From NCBI GenBank assembly GCA_965224085.1, contig CBDCYI010000011.1, positions 864,001 through 928,000 of the forward strand: a stretch of 64,000 nucleotides of DNA. The letters are read 5' to 3'. The translations under genes and the position numbers were made by a program. The notes under the pieces are model-generated. The model was not told where the DNA came from. It saw only the letters and a list, made by a program, of their open reading frames with translations, and searched no databases. How positions within the stretch are numbered: the stretch's first letter is position 1; every line of letters starts with the position of its first letter. The stretch is from Candidatus Marinacidobacterales bacterium. GTDB lineage: Bacteria > Acidobacteriota > Vicinamibacteria > Marinacidobacterales > SMYC01. Below, one piece after another: positions 51,464 to 61,422 of the stretch.

Positions 51464-52371
51464 TGGCCGAAGGCGTCCTTCTCATCGACAAGCCCACGGG
51501 GCTCACGTCCCATGATGTGGTGGCGCGTGTACGCAAGCGCCTCGCACAGAGGCGCGTCGGCCATACGGGAACGCTCGACCCTTTTGCGAGCGGCTTGATG
51601 GTGCTCTGTGTGGGACGGGCGACCCGGCTGGCGCGTTTTTTCTCTGCTACGACCAAGACCTACATCGCGGCCGTTCATTTCGGCTACAGCACGGACACCT
51701 ACGATCGGACGGGCCAGCCTGTGGGCGAGATACGCGATGTGGCACCGGAGCTCTCCGAGCTAGAGAGTGGTCTCGCGAGCTTCCAGGGTCGCCAAACGCA
51801 AGTTCCTCCCGTTTATTCCGCGAAAAAAATGGGCGGCACGCGGCTTCACCGACTGGCTCGGCAAGGCATCGCGGTGACCCCGCCGCCGGTCGAGGTGGAG
51901 TTCCACGCCATCGAGCTTCTCGAGCTCGACGGCCCCCGCGCGCGCATCGAAGTATCGGTCTCGAGCGGCACGTACATTCGCTCCCTCGCACAGGACCTCG
52001 GCCACCGCTTGGGGACGGGAGCGCACTTGGCCGAGCTTAGGCGTACGCGCGTCGGGTCGTTCCTGGTTTCGGAGGCACTCGACATGACGGGCTTGCTGGA
52101 GGGAGTACCCGAGGACGCTCTGTTGCCGGCGAACGCGGCCCTGCGAGATCTGGCCGAGGTACGGCTTGCGCCCGCCGCAGCGACGCGACTTTCGCACGGG
52201 CGGACGCCGACGTGGGAGGAAGTGACCTCTCTGGGAGACATAAGCGGCCTCGCCGGGCCTGTGCGTGTCGTCGACCCTTCGGGACAGCTCCTCGCGGTCG
52301 CCGCACTGGATGCCGAGCGCAAGCTGGTACGGCCCATGCTCGTCTGGGCCCAAACGCCGGAAAGCCCATGA
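51463..52371 (+). CDS. truB: tRNA pseudouridine(55) synthase
   Basis: DKPTGLTSHD, GHTGTLDP, GTYIRSLA. Confidence 0.96.
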   Translation: MAEGVLLIDKPTGLTSHDVVARVRKRLAQRRVGHTGTLDPFASGLMVLCVGRATRLARFFSATTKTYIAAVHFGYSTDTYDRTGQPVGEIRDVAPELSELESGLASFQGRQTQVPPVYSAKKMGGTRLHRLARQGIAVTPPPVEVEFHAIELLELDGPRARIEVSVSSGTYIRSLAQDLGHRLGTGAHLAELRRTRVGSFLVSEALDMTGLLEGVPEDALLPANAALRDLAEVRLAPAAATRLSHGRTPTWEEVTSLGDISGLAGPVRVVDPSGQLLAVAALDAERKLVRPMLVWAQTPESP

Positions 52372-52464
52372 GTCGTCGTCCTTTACAGCTCTCGGCCCCT
52401 GTGTTAGGATTCCGCGAGAAGAACAAGAAAGGGAGAATAAAAGTAGAATCACGGAGGACCCTAT

Positions 52465-52734
52465 TTGACGCTCACCAAGGATAAAAAGACTGACCTGATC
52501 GGAGACTACCAGCTTCACGGTGCGGACACGGGCTCGCCGGAGGTACAAATTGCGATTTTGAGCGAACGTATTTCGTACCTCACCGAGCACTTCAAGACCC
52601 ACAGCAAAGACCATCATTCCCGTCGCGGCCTCCTCAAAATGGTCGGCCAGAGACGCCGTTTGTTGGACTACCTCAAAAAGAAAGACATTAGCCGCTATCA
52701 AGGCGTCATCAAGCGGCTTGGAATCCGTAAATAA
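52465..52734 (+). CDS. rpsO: 30S ribosomal protein S15 (TTG start)
   Basis: [19 protein letters not shown]. Confidence 0.97.
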   Translation: MTLTKDKKTDLIGDYQLHGADTGSPEVQIAILSERISYLTEHFKTHSKDHHSRRGLLKMVGQRRRLLDYLKKKDISRYQGVIKRLGIRK

Positions 52735-52987
52735 ACATGGATTCATCACCTGGCGTTTCTGCCACGTGGTGTCGTCTGCTTTCGGGTTTGCCCGCGCACG
52801 CTTCGTGCTGGTAATTCGTCGATCCGATAGGTGCTCGGTCCTCCGGTCTCGATCAACTGAACGAGACCTTCCTTGGTTAGAGGCATCGTTTTCAAGGTGA
52901 TGTCCCCACGCGCGTTCGATAACGGTGCGATCACCGCTCGTCGCTATCTCGCGGGCTCCCTCCCTGTGATTACCAGAGGATAACAAC

Positions 52988-55177
52988 ATGATTCATCGTA
53001 AAGAGGTTGAGATTGGTGGCCGCACGCTGTCCATCGAAATGGGCAAGCTTGCCAAACAGGCCAATGGGGCTGCCGTCGTTCGGCTCGGCGACACCGTGGT
53101 GCTGGTCACCGCCTGTGCGGCCAAAAAGCCTCGCGAAGGCATCGACTTTCTACCCCTGACTGTGGATTATCGCGAGAGCTTCTATGCTGCGGGAAAGATT
53201 CCCGGCGGTTTCTTCAAACGCGAAGGGCGGCCGAACGAGAAAGAGATTCTGACATGCCGTCTAATCGATCGGCCGCTGCGTCCATTGTTCCCCGATGGTT
53301 GGCGCAGCGAGACGCAGGTGATCAGTCTCGTGCTCTCCACCGACAAAGAGAATGACTCCGACGTCTTAGCGTTGACGGGTGCTTCGGCGGCGCTCTATTG
53401 CTCGGACATCCCGTTTCACACGCCCATCGCTGGCGTCCGCGTCGGGCGCATCGACGGTCAGTTCGTCATCAACCCGACCTTCGAGCAGGTCAGGAGCAGC
53501 GACCTTGATCTGACCGTGGCCGGCTCTAAAGACGCTATCGTTATGGTCGAGGCGTCGGCGAATGATGTATCCGAGGCGCACATGGTCGATGCCCTCGGGG
53601 TTGCGCACGAGGCCATCCAGAAGCTCGTTGCGCTGCAAGAAGAGTTCTTCGAGGCGGTAGCACCGGTCAAAACAACAGTCGCAACCATAGAGCGCGACGA
53701 AGCGCTCGAGAAGGAAATCGAGGAAAGAGTCTTTTCGAAGCTTCAAGACGCGATGCGCACGAGCGGGAAGCATGCCGCGGACCGCGCTGTCGACGACGTG
53801 AAGGCCGCTCTGATGGAAGAGATCGCCGAGCGTGAGCCGGAAGTCCTCGCGGAGATCGCTGGCATCTTCAAACGGCTACAGGAAAAGGCACTCCGTCAGG
53901 AGGTGCTCGAGCGTCGGCAACGTCTCGACGGTCGCGCTTTTGATGCGGTTCGCGAGATCACGTGCGAAGTGGGCGCATTGCCGAGAACGCATGGCTCGTC
54001 GGTCTTCACGAGAGGCGAGACCCAAGCCCTCGTGACGGTAACGCTCGGAACGTCCGACGACTCCCAGAGAATGGATTTTCTCGAAGGCGATTTCGAAAAG
54101 CGATTCATGCTTCACTACAACTTTCCGCCATTCTCGGTTGGGGAAGCCCGTTTCTTGCGAGGTCCGGGACGGCGCGAGATCGGACATGGCGCGCTCGCGG
54201 AGCGTGCTCTCGTTCCTGTGATCCCGCCTTCCTCCGAGTTTCCTTACACAATCCGTATCGTGTCGGATATTCTCGAATCCAATGGGTCGTCCTCGATGGC
54301 CTCGGTGACCGGAGGTTGTCTCGCTCTAATGGATGCGGGTGTCCCGCTCAAAGCGCCCATTGCGGGTATCGCCATGGGACTCGTGAAGGAAGGCGACAAC
54401 TACGCCATCCTGACCGATATCGCCGGCGCCGAAGACCACTATGGAGATATGGACTTCAAAGTGGCGGGGACGGCGAACGGTATTACCGCTCTTCAGATGG
54501 ACATCAAGATCACGGGACTCACCCATGAGCTAATGGCGGAGGCGCTCGAGCAGGCGCGTCAAGCGCGAATGTTCATCCTCGAGAAGATGGCGAGCGCTCT
54601 TCCCGCGCCCCGTGAGGAGATTTCGACTTTCGCCCCCCGCATCTTCACGATTCAGATCTCGACCGACAAAATCCGCGATGTCATCGGTCCTGGAGGCAAG
54701 ATGATCCGTAGCATCATCGAGCGGACCGGGGTGAAGATCGATGTCGAGGACAATGGCACCGTGTCGATCGCATCTTCCGATAGCGAGTCGGCGAAAAAGG
54801 CTATTCAAATCATCGAAGAGCTCACGGCGGTGCCCGAGGTCGGAAAAACCTATCTTGGAAAAGTTCAGCGTCTCGTTGATTTCGGCGCTTTCGTCGAGAT
54901 CATCCCCGGCACCGACGGGCTCGTTCACATCTCGGAAGTCGCCGATTACCGGGTGAAAGAGGTGCAGGACGAGTTTTCCGAAGGCGACCAGATTCTCGTG
55001 AAAGTCATCAACATCGACCCTCAAGGAAAGGTCAAGTTGTCGCGCAAAGCTGTCATTCGTGAGCAGGCCGGGCTTCCGCCCGAGCCTCCGCAGGAGCCTC
55101 GGCCACGGCGGGACCGCGACGATGGCGGCCGCTCGAGACGGCGCCGCCCTTCCGGTGGCGGTGGCGGGCGTCGATGA
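52988..55177 (+). CDS. pnp: Polyribonucleotide nucleotidyltransferase
   Basis: RREIGHG, SNGSSSMA, GDMDFKVAG, KH and S1 domains. Confidence 0.97.
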   Translation: MIHRKEVEIGGRTLSIEMGKLAKQANGAAVVRLGDTVVLVTACAAKKPREGIDFLPLTVDYRESFYAAGKIPGGFFKREGRPNEKEILTCRLIDRPLRPLFPDGWRSETQVISLVLSTDKENDSDVLALTGASAALYCSDIPFHTPIAGVRVGRIDGQFVINPTFEQVRSSDLDLTVAGSKDAIVMVEASANDVSEAHMVDALGVAHEAIQKLVALQEEFFEAVAPVKTTVATIERDEALEKEIEERVFSKLQDAMRTSGKHAADRAVDDVKAALMEEIAEREPEVLAEIAGIFKRLQEKALRQEVLERRQRLDGRAFDAVREITCEVGALPRTHGSSVFTRGETQALVTVTLGTSDDSQRMDFLEGDFEKRFMLHYNFPPFSVGEARFLRGPGRREIGHGALAERALVPVIPPSSEFPYTIRIVSDILESNGSSSMASVTGGCLALMDAGVPLKAPIAGIAMGLVKEGDNYAILTDIAGAEDHYGDMDFKVAGTANGITALQMDIKITGLTHELMAEALEQARQARMFILEKMASALPAPREEISTFAPRIFTIQISTDKIRDVIGPGGKMIRSIIERTGVKIDVEDNGTVSIASSDSESAKKAIQIIEELTAVPEVGKTYLGKVQRLVDFGAFVEIIPGTDGLVHISEVADYRVKEVQDEFSEGDQILVKVINIDPQGKVKLSRKAVIREQAGLPPEPPQEPRPRRDRDDGGRSRRRRPSGGGGGRR

Positions 55178-55315
55178 TGTAAGAAGCCGCAGTAGGGAAG
55201 GAGAGCCTTGGGACAGAGCTTCTGAAAAGTCGACGCGGCGCTAGCCGCTCGGCCCTTCGAAAACCATCGATCGCCCGCCCTCGCTTTAGCTTTAGCGCGA
55301 CGGCGGGCATCGACG

Positions 55316-55609
55316 TTATTTTCCAATGATCGCGAGGACGTCATCCTCGCGCAAGATCAAATATTCGTCGCCTTCGATCTTGACTTCGGTTCCCGCATAT
55401 TTTCCGAAGAGCACCTTATCGCCCTTTTTGATCTCGAGCGCGACCTTCGTTCCGTCGTCGAGAATCTTTCCGTTACCGACGGCCGTGACCTTACCGCGCT
55501 GCGGCTTTTCTTTCGCGCTGTCGGGGATGATGATACCGCCCTCGGACTTTTCCTGTTTGTCCTCGAGACGTTGCACGAGAATTCTGTCGTGCAGTGGACG
55601 AACTTTCAT
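55316..55609 (-). CDS. groES: Co-chaperonin GroES
   Basis: [29 protein letters not shown]. Confidence 0.96.
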   Translation of the reverse strand: MKVRPLHDRILVQRLEDKQEKSEGGIIIPDSAKEKPQRGKVTAVGNGKILDDGTKVALEIKKGDKVLFGKYAGTEVKIEGDEYLILREDDVLAIIGK

Positions 55610-55662
55610 GACGCAAAGCTCCTTTCCCAAAAAAGTAAAAGTTGGTGCTTGCAGAACTTAGT

Positions 55663-55692
55663 AATATAGCCAACGCGGCGCGAGCTTGTCAA
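55663..55692 (-). promoter_or_regulatory. sigma70 promoter for groES
   Basis: Minus strand TTGACA-N18-TATATT. Confidence 0.55.
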
Positions 55693-55705
55693 GAAATGGA
55701 AAACG

Positions 55706-55918
55706 CTATTTTCGGCGAGGTCCGAGTTTCAGTGCCTGAAGTTTCTTGCTCAGAGTATTGCGGTGAATGTGGAGCGCTCGGGCGGCGCGTGAAAGATTGC
55801 CGTTCTCCTGTTCCATCACGCGTGAGAGAAAGCGCTTTTCGAACTCACGTTTGGCTTCCGGAAAACGGATACCACCTTTTATCATCTCTTCGATGAGATC
55901 TTCGAGCCGTTGTTTCAT
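55706..55918 (-). CDS. Small Fis-type HTH protein
   Basis: NGNLSRAARALHIHRNTLSKK. Confidence 0.85.
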   Translation of the reverse strand: MKQRLEDLIEEMIKGGIRFPEAKREFEKRFLSRVMEQENGNLSRAARALHIHRNTLSKKLQALKLGPRRK

Positions 55919-55966
55919 CGATGCTTGGCCAACGTATTTGCGCGCGCCCATAGTCTTGGCCCGAAT

Positions 55967-56932
55967 CTACAAGTCGCTCCGACCGGTGAGTGAGCGATAG
56001 GCGCGAAGGTAGCGCTCCCGCGTGCCGTCAACGACCTCTGCGGGAAGCGCTGGCCCAGGGGGTTTCTTGTTCCAATCCAGGGTTTCCAAATATTCGCGGA
56101 CGAATTGTTTGTCGAAGCTCGGCTGCTCGCTGCCAGGGGCGTATTCTTCTCGCGGCCAGAAGCGCGACGAGTCCGGCGTCAGAACTTCGTCGATGAGATA
56201 AATATCTCCATTTTGGGGCTCGCGCCCAAACTCGAACTTGGTGTCGGCGATGATAATGTCTTTTTGCTCCGCCTCGCGCTGGCCGAGCTTGTAGAGGTCG
56301 AGAGAAATTTTCTTGAGCCTCTCCGTGAGCTCGCGACCGAGCGCATCCGCCATGACGTCTTCACTGACGTTGATATCGTGCCCCGTGGCGGGTTTCGTCG
56401 ACGGAGTGAATAGAGGCTCGTCGAAGCGGTCGGCCTGCTGCATGCCCGAGGGCAGCTCGATGCCGCAGACGCTCCCGGTCTTCCGGTATTCCTTCCACCC
56501 CGAGCCGTAGAGATAGCCGCGGACGACGCACTCGAATGGAATCGGCTCGAGCTTTTTCACCAACATCGATCGCCGCGCGAGCTGGTCTCGAAAGCGCTGC
56601 AGCTCGGCGGGGTAAGCGTCCGGATCGCCCGTCACCACGTGGTTCAGGACGAGATCCTGGCTCTTCTCGAACCAAAAGAGCGAGAGCTGGTTGAGGATGC
56701 TGCCTTTGCCCGGAATGCCATTAGGCAGCACGACGTCGAATGCCGAGACCCGATCTGTCGTGACGAGGAGCAAATGTTCGCCGATCTCGTAAATGTCGCG
56801 AACCTTTCCACGAGATCGCAGCGTCGTGTTGTCCAGTGAAGACTCGATGAGTACGTTTCCCGTCACGATGAAACCGACCCCTTCTACCCCTTCTACGATG
56901 AGATATGCGTTCGTTGACGCCCGGCGCGTCAA
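55967..56932 (-). CDS. purC: SAICAR synthetase (true start probably near 56866)
   Basis: GKVRDIY, DRVSAFD, DTKFEFG, DEVLTPDSSRFW. Confidence 0.96.
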   Translation of the reverse strand: MTRRASTNAYLIVEGVEGVGFIVTGNVLIESSLDNTTLRSRGKVRDIYEIGEHLLLVTTDRVSAFDVVLPNGIPGKGSILNQLSLFWFEKSQDLVLNHVVTGDPDAYPAELQRFRDQLARRSMLVKKLEPIPFECVVRGYLYGSGWKEYRKTGSVCGIELPSGMQQADRFDEPLFTPSTKPATGHDINVSEDVMADALGRELTERLKKISLDLYKLGQREAEQKDIIIADTKFEFGREPQNGDIYLIDEVLTPDSSRFWPREEYAPGSEQPSFDKQFVREYLETLDWNKKPPGPALPAEVVDGTRERYLRAYRSLTGRSDL

Positions 56933-57085
56933 TGCGAAGCCTCGACCCTAGATGTGTTTCCGAGAAAGGGGCATATTGTAGGAAAGGGAGGGGGGGGCAG
57001 TCAAGCTTTTACAGCATTCAGGATGCTCTCAGGACGGTCACCGTGCGCTCGGCCGGTGCAGCCTTGAGAGTTCCTGAATGCAGGA

Positions 57086-57967
57086 TTACGATTCCTCGAG
57101 AGTGATTCGCCCGTCCATCGTTGTTACTAGTATTAGTGGACCGCCCTTGCCTAGCGTTCCCTTTAGGCGGTCGTTGCGCTCGCTTCCTTCGAAGGTCGAT
57201 AGTTCGTTGACGATGCGGCCGCTGACGGCGGTTGCTTCGATGTGCGCGGAGATGGATGCGGGCAGCGTGAGCTCGATCGACCCATCGGATGTGCGGATAT
57301 TCCAGTCGCTCGTCAACTCGCGCCTGCCGCGGCTGGTGATGCGAATGCTACCGTCGGCGGTGACGGCGCGGAGCGCATCGAAGTTTCCTTCGAGCTGGAT
57401 GCGGCCATCACTCGAGGCAGCATCGACGGCGCCGGTGAGCTCGGTGCCGATGACGGATCCATCGGTCGTTCTCAATCTGAGGGTCCCTGTGACGGTCTCG
57501 AGACGTATCCGTCCGTCGGCGGTCTCGGCCCTGATGTCTCCGGAGACGCGCTCGAGCTGGATGCGGCCATCGCGGGTCTGGAGGTCCAAGGCGGTGCCCT
57601 CCGGGACGCGCAGCGCGACATCGGTCTCGCTATTGCCGCCAAACGCGATACTGGCGCCGGGCGCGCGCACGCGCAGCGTGTCGCGGTTCGCGATCGCCTC
57701 GACCCGGACGGCGTCGAGGAGCGACCGCGCGCCATCTCGATCGGCGGCGCGAGCCCGCTTGTGAAAGACGACTTCAACGACACCGATCGCATCCGAAGGC
57801 TCGACGGCGATCCGGCCATCATCAATCCGCACTTCGATCCGGGTGATGGCGCCAGAGTCGAAACGAAAGTCCTCCGTGGCAGATTCTTCGACCCGATGGT
57901 GATCGCACCCTAGAGCCGAAACGGCGGCGAGCGCGAGCGTCAGAATATTTGGTTTCATGTGTTTCAA
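57086..57967 (-). CDS. DUF4097-type beta-repeat lipoprotein
   Basis: Lipobox ALGC; repeated TxDGxI motifs. Confidence 0.85.
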   Translation of the reverse strand: MKHMKPNILTLALAAVSALGCDHHRVEESATEDFRFDSGAITRIEVRIDDGRIAVEPSDAIGVVEVVFHKRARAADRDGARSLLDAVRVEAIANRDTLRVRAPGASIAFGGNSETDVALRVPEGTALDLQTRDGRIQLERVSGDIRAETADGRIRLETVTGTLRLRTTDGSVIGTELTGAVDAASSDGRIQLEGNFDALRAVTADGSIRITSRGRRELTSDWNIRTSDGSIELTLPASISAHIEATAVSGRIVNELSTFEGSERNDRLKGTLGKGGPLILVTTMDGRITLEES

Positions 57968-57977
57968 TCTTAGTCCG

Positions 57978-58606
57978 CTAATAAACCCGCCGCCTCTGGC
58001 GGCGTGACCCGAAGAGCTTCGAGCGATCCGGCGTGTGCTAGGTTCCCCCTCCGGGAAGACCCTGTGGGGCCTCCGAAAGGAGAACCTGCATGCACGAATG
58101 GAAAAGCCTGTCGCATGTGTGATGGGAATGCAAGTACCACGTGGTGATCATCCCCAAGTATCGTAGAAGGGTGTTATATGTGGACCTTCGGCGTCGCGTG
58201 GGGCGAATTCTTCGAGAGCTTTGTGAGCAGAGAGGAGTAGAACTGATAGAAGGCAACGCGCAACCGGACCACATCCACCTGTGTATGAGCATCCCTCCCA
58301 AGTACAGCGTATCTCACACGATCGGTTTTCTGAAAGGGAAGAGTGCGGTACGCATCCACCGAGAATTGCTGAAAGAACGTCGTATGACGGGCTTGCATTT
58401 TTGGGCGAAGGGGTACTGTGTGAGTACGGTTGGCCTTGACGAGGAGCGAATAAGAAAGTACATCCGGGAGCAAGAAAAGCTTGAGTCTCGCCAAGGTGAT
58501 CTCGACCTGAGTTAACGAGAGACGGCCCCAACGGGGCCTTCCCAACGTCATCGGCCCCCTCGGGGGGGCCTTCCTAAACCCACGCCCTATGGGCGTGGTC
58601 GGTTAG
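57978..58606 (+). mobile_element. IS200-type element (tnpA only; ends approximate)
   Basis: Subterminal hairpins GCCGCC-TCT-GGCGGC (57989-58003) and CCACGCCC-TAT-GGGCGTGG (58580-58598), each preceded by TAAAC. Confidence 0.85.
58090..58515 (+). pseudogene. tnpA: IS200/IS605 Y1 transposase with in-frame TGA at codon 11
   Basis: MHEWKSLSHV*WECKYHVVIIPKYRR, DHIH (HUH), LKGKS, YIREQ. Confidence 0.88.
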
Positions 58607-58611
58607 TGGTC

Positions 58612-60264
58612 TCATCGGGGCGCCTTTCTCAACTCGATGTTGCCGTAGCTTGTCGAGATCGTCAGTGGATAGCCTCCGTTGCCAAGCGTCGCCGTCCACT
58701 GCCGCTCGCGGTCATGGACCGAGGATTCGTCGAGCACCTCGAGCTCTGAGCGCAACTCGCCGTCTCGGGTTCTCGCGGTGAGCGCGACGGATGCGTCGCT
58801 TGGCAGCCAAAGCTCGACATCTCCATAGGTGGTCTCTAGGTGGACCGCGCCCGCGAGACGCTGCGTCGACACTTGGAGCTCTGCGTGGGTCGAGCGGATT
58901 TCGAGGCCCGAGGCGAAATCCGTCACCCGGACGTCCTTGTCCGAGCTCTCGATTACGATGGATCCGGCAATGGACTCCAAGTCCACTTCGCATTGCGGGC
59001 CGTCGATGCGCACGCGCCCCGCGATTTCCGTGAGGCGGATAGGACGGTACTGATTTTCGACCACGACATCGCCGCGGATAGCGCGTGCAATGACGCTCGA
59101 GTTGCGCGTCTCGAGTGTGAGCTCGCGCTCGACGTCGCTTACAAAGACCGGTCGGTTGCGTGTGGTGATGGCGACCCCTTGATGGGCGCGCTCCACCGAA
59201 ACCTCCGCGTCGTGCGCCTGCACCTCGACCCGTCCTTTGACGTCGGTGGCCTGTACGTTCGCGTGCCGGGTTCTGAGCGTGGCCGATCCGGTCACGCCTT
59301 CGGCGCTCACCGAGCCATTGCGTGTCAGAACGAGGAGGTCGCCATCGATGCTCGTCGCGACGACCGCGCCATTCCGGTTCCTCGCTTCGGTACGGCCCGT
59401 GATGCGCTCGAGACGGATAGGCGCGTGACTTGTTGTCACCGTGACCCCTCCCGTTAAGTTCTCGGCCTCCACCAGGCCGTGACTCGTAGAGGCTTCGGCC
59501 GCGCCGTCCAGATTGTTCAATCGAATCGGCCCTCTCTCGTTGAGGACGTTGACCATCACGCTCTTCGGCGCACGGATCTCGAGATCGGTGAAGACCGGGC
59601 GGCTACCTTCGGGACGCGAGGTACGCAGCCGGGCGCGTCCCTCGTCGACGGCGAAGAGCAGTTCGAGCTCTTCCGCAAGGGCTTGGGCCTCGATCTCGGA
59701 GAAATCGTGAACCCTCCGGGTGATGAGCACCTCGAGCCCTTCCTCGTCCCAGCCCGAAACGGTCACCTCTCCACGATCGTTGTCGATCACCAGGACCTCC
59801 GCCCCGTCCATCATGTTCAGCGTGTAGGTTTGGCGTTCGGTGAAGTGGTGCTCCGGGCCGTAAAGCTCCGGCCCCACGACGATGGCCATTTCGTCCAACG
59901 TCACGTTGAAGGACGAATCTCCGAGAATCCTCTCGCCAGAACGCACGGCCAAGCCGAGGACGAGGATCCAGGCGAGTATCACGACTTCGGCCGCGCCCAC
60001 GTAAGACCTCTCCGGGTGACGTACGCGGACGTATATTTTGTAGATACCCCAGGCGATAAGTAAGGCCGGCCAATAAGTACCGAACCAGGAAAGTGCTTCG
60101 GAGGCAAGCCTCACGAAGGAGAAGCCGAGAAATCCGGAAAGGTTGTAGGCGAGCGCCGTCGTGCCCACCATGATGAGAAGGACTCCCATCATGACGGCGC
60201 AGCCACTTCTTGGCGTCCGCCGCACGGTGTCAGTCACGCTCGGTTTCCGATTCGGCGTTCTCAC
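58612..60264 (-). CDS. Membrane-anchored DUF4097 beta-repeat protein
   Basis: N-terminal TMs (YWPALLIAWG) and a long beta-repeat region. Confidence 0.85.
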   Translation of the reverse strand: MRTPNRKPSVTDTVRRTPRSGCAVMMGVLLIMVGTTALAYNLSGFLGFSFVRLASEALSWFGTYWPALLIAWGIYKIYVRVRHPERSYVGAAEVVILAWILVLGLAVRSGERILGDSSFNVTLDEMAIVVGPELYGPEHHFTERQTYTLNMMDGAEVLVIDNDRGEVTVSGWDEEGLEVLITRRVHDFSEIEAQALAEELELLFAVDEGRARLRTSRPEGSRPVFTDLEIRAPKSVMVNVLNERGPIRLNNLDGAAEASTSHGLVEAENLTGGVTVTTSHAPIRLERITGRTEARNRNGAVVATSIDGDLLVLTRNGSVSAEGVTGSATLRTRHANVQATDVKGRVEVQAHDAEVSVERAHQGVAITTRNRPVFVSDVERELTLETRNSSVIARAIRGDVVVENQYRPIRLTEIAGRVRIDGPQCEVDLESIAGSIVIESSDKDVRVTDFASGLEIRSTHAELQVSTQRLAGAVHLETTYGDVELWLPSDASVALTARTRDGELRSELEVLDESSVHDRERQWTATLGNGGYPLTISTSYGNIELRKAPR

Positions 60265-60787
60265 CGGGCTGTGCGGGCTCCGCGCGCTCGGTCGGCTTGT
60301 CCCATTCCTTCACTTCGTCGTCGGGCGTCCCGGGAATGGGCGGTGGCGCTTCGCTTGTAATGTCGCTTTGTGAAACCGCGGGCTGCTTCAAGATGTACAC
60401 ACCGAGCCCGATGAGTCCAAGTGGCCAGAAGTTCCAAAGCCAGTCGATTTCGAGCCAGCCGAAATTGTCGACGAAGAAAACCGCGCCGAGACCGATTAGG
60501 GCCCAGCCCCACCAACGCGTGAACGAGAAAGCCGCGGGCTTCGGAAGCGATCGTCCCGTTTCTACGAGGAGGTTGTGCTCGTGCGCGGAGCGGTAGGCGT
60601 CGATCATCGCGTAGAGCCAGAGAAAGGCGACTATGATGCCGAAGCTATCGGCGCCGCGATCGACGAGTTGGATGGCACACGCGACGAGAAGAATAAGTAG
60701 GAACCCTTTACTTGCTTGACCAATATAAACGTGCCCGACTCCAGGAAGCAGTGAAAGCCATAGAGCCGCGGCGGGAGAGCGTTTCAT
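60230..60787 (-). CDS. Membrane protein (TM2-like plus DUF5668/LiaF-like segment)
   Basis: LSLLPGVGHVYIGQ; WNFWPLGLIGLG. Confidence 0.75.
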   Translation of the reverse strand: MKRSPAAALWLSLLPGVGHVYIGQASKGFLLILLVACAIQLVDRGADSFGIIVAFLWLYAMIDAYRSAHEHNLLVETGRSLPKPAAFSFTRWWGWALIGLGAVFFVDNFGWLEIDWLWNFWPLGLIGLGVYILKQPAVSQSDITSEAPPPIPGTPDDEVKEWDKPTERAEPAQPGENAESETERD

Positions 60788-61422
60788 AGAAGACTCCTTG
60801 TTTGAGAAAGCTTTTTGACGTGAGCCAAGAGGCTCGACGACGCGTCGTTTCGCTTGGACTGCTCCGACTCTTCATCCTCCGCGCGCCGGCTCGCTTCCTC
60901 GAGATCTCGGAGCTTCCGATTAATCTCCTCCAGTCGATTTTCGAAAGCGACGCCGACAGTCATGCGCAAGACATTGAGCTCTTCGAGCCAGCGTTCGGAC
61001 TGATGGTAGGTTCGGACCCCGAAACTATAGGCTTGATGCACCGACTGGGACGCTTTGCGCGACCAGTCGGAGAGCGCTTCAGGAGGGCGCCACAAGAGCA
61101 CAAAAGCGAGAACCGCGGCAGCGGCGATCCATGAAGCGGCCTGGCGCAACGGAATAGCGGACACGGCCGCCAAACGCTCGGCGTTGCGCCGCATTGCGGC
61201 GAGCTTCGGATGGGTACGGTCGAAGACATGCTTAGTCAGTTTCTTTGGAACTGCCGGAGAGCCAAGCGCGCCGAGCCCGACCAAGACCTCTTCGAAAGCT
61301 CCGAACAGCTGGGAGCACGCATCGCAAGAGGCAAGATGCGCGCGAAGCTCCCCCGCGAGTGGAGGCGCGAGCGTCCCTTCCAAGTAATCCGACCACAGTT
61401 CTTCGGAACGTCGACAAATCAT
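60784..61422 (-). CDS. zf-HC2 (ZAS) transmembrane anti-sigma factor
   Basis: MIC...HLASCDAC (HxxxCxxC) followed by a TM helix. Confidence 0.88.
   Translation of the reverse strand: MICRRSEELWSDYLEGTLAPPLAGELRAHLASCDACSQLFGAFEEVLVGLGALGSPAVPKKLTKHVFDRTHPKLAAMRRNAERLAAVSAIPLRQAASWIAAAAVLAFVLLWRPPEALSDWSRKASQSVHQAYSFGVRTYHQSERWLEELNVLRMTVGVAFENRLEEINRKLRDLEEASRRAEDEESEQSKRNDASSSLLAHVKKLSQTRSLL

Noticed and set aside
55640-55675. CIRCE element upstream of groES
   Set aside because: No match to TTAGCACTC-N9-GAGTGCTAA; only a weak GTTGG/CCAAC inverted repeat
58120-58122. In-frame TGA in tnpA as selenocysteine or genetic-code reassignment
   Set aside because: It falls at a position usually Arg/Lys (CGA>TGA is one change) and TGA is a normal stop in many genes here
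57978-58606. TnpB/IscB RNA-guided nuclease system
   Set aside because: The element holds only tnpA and has no room for a nuclease ORF
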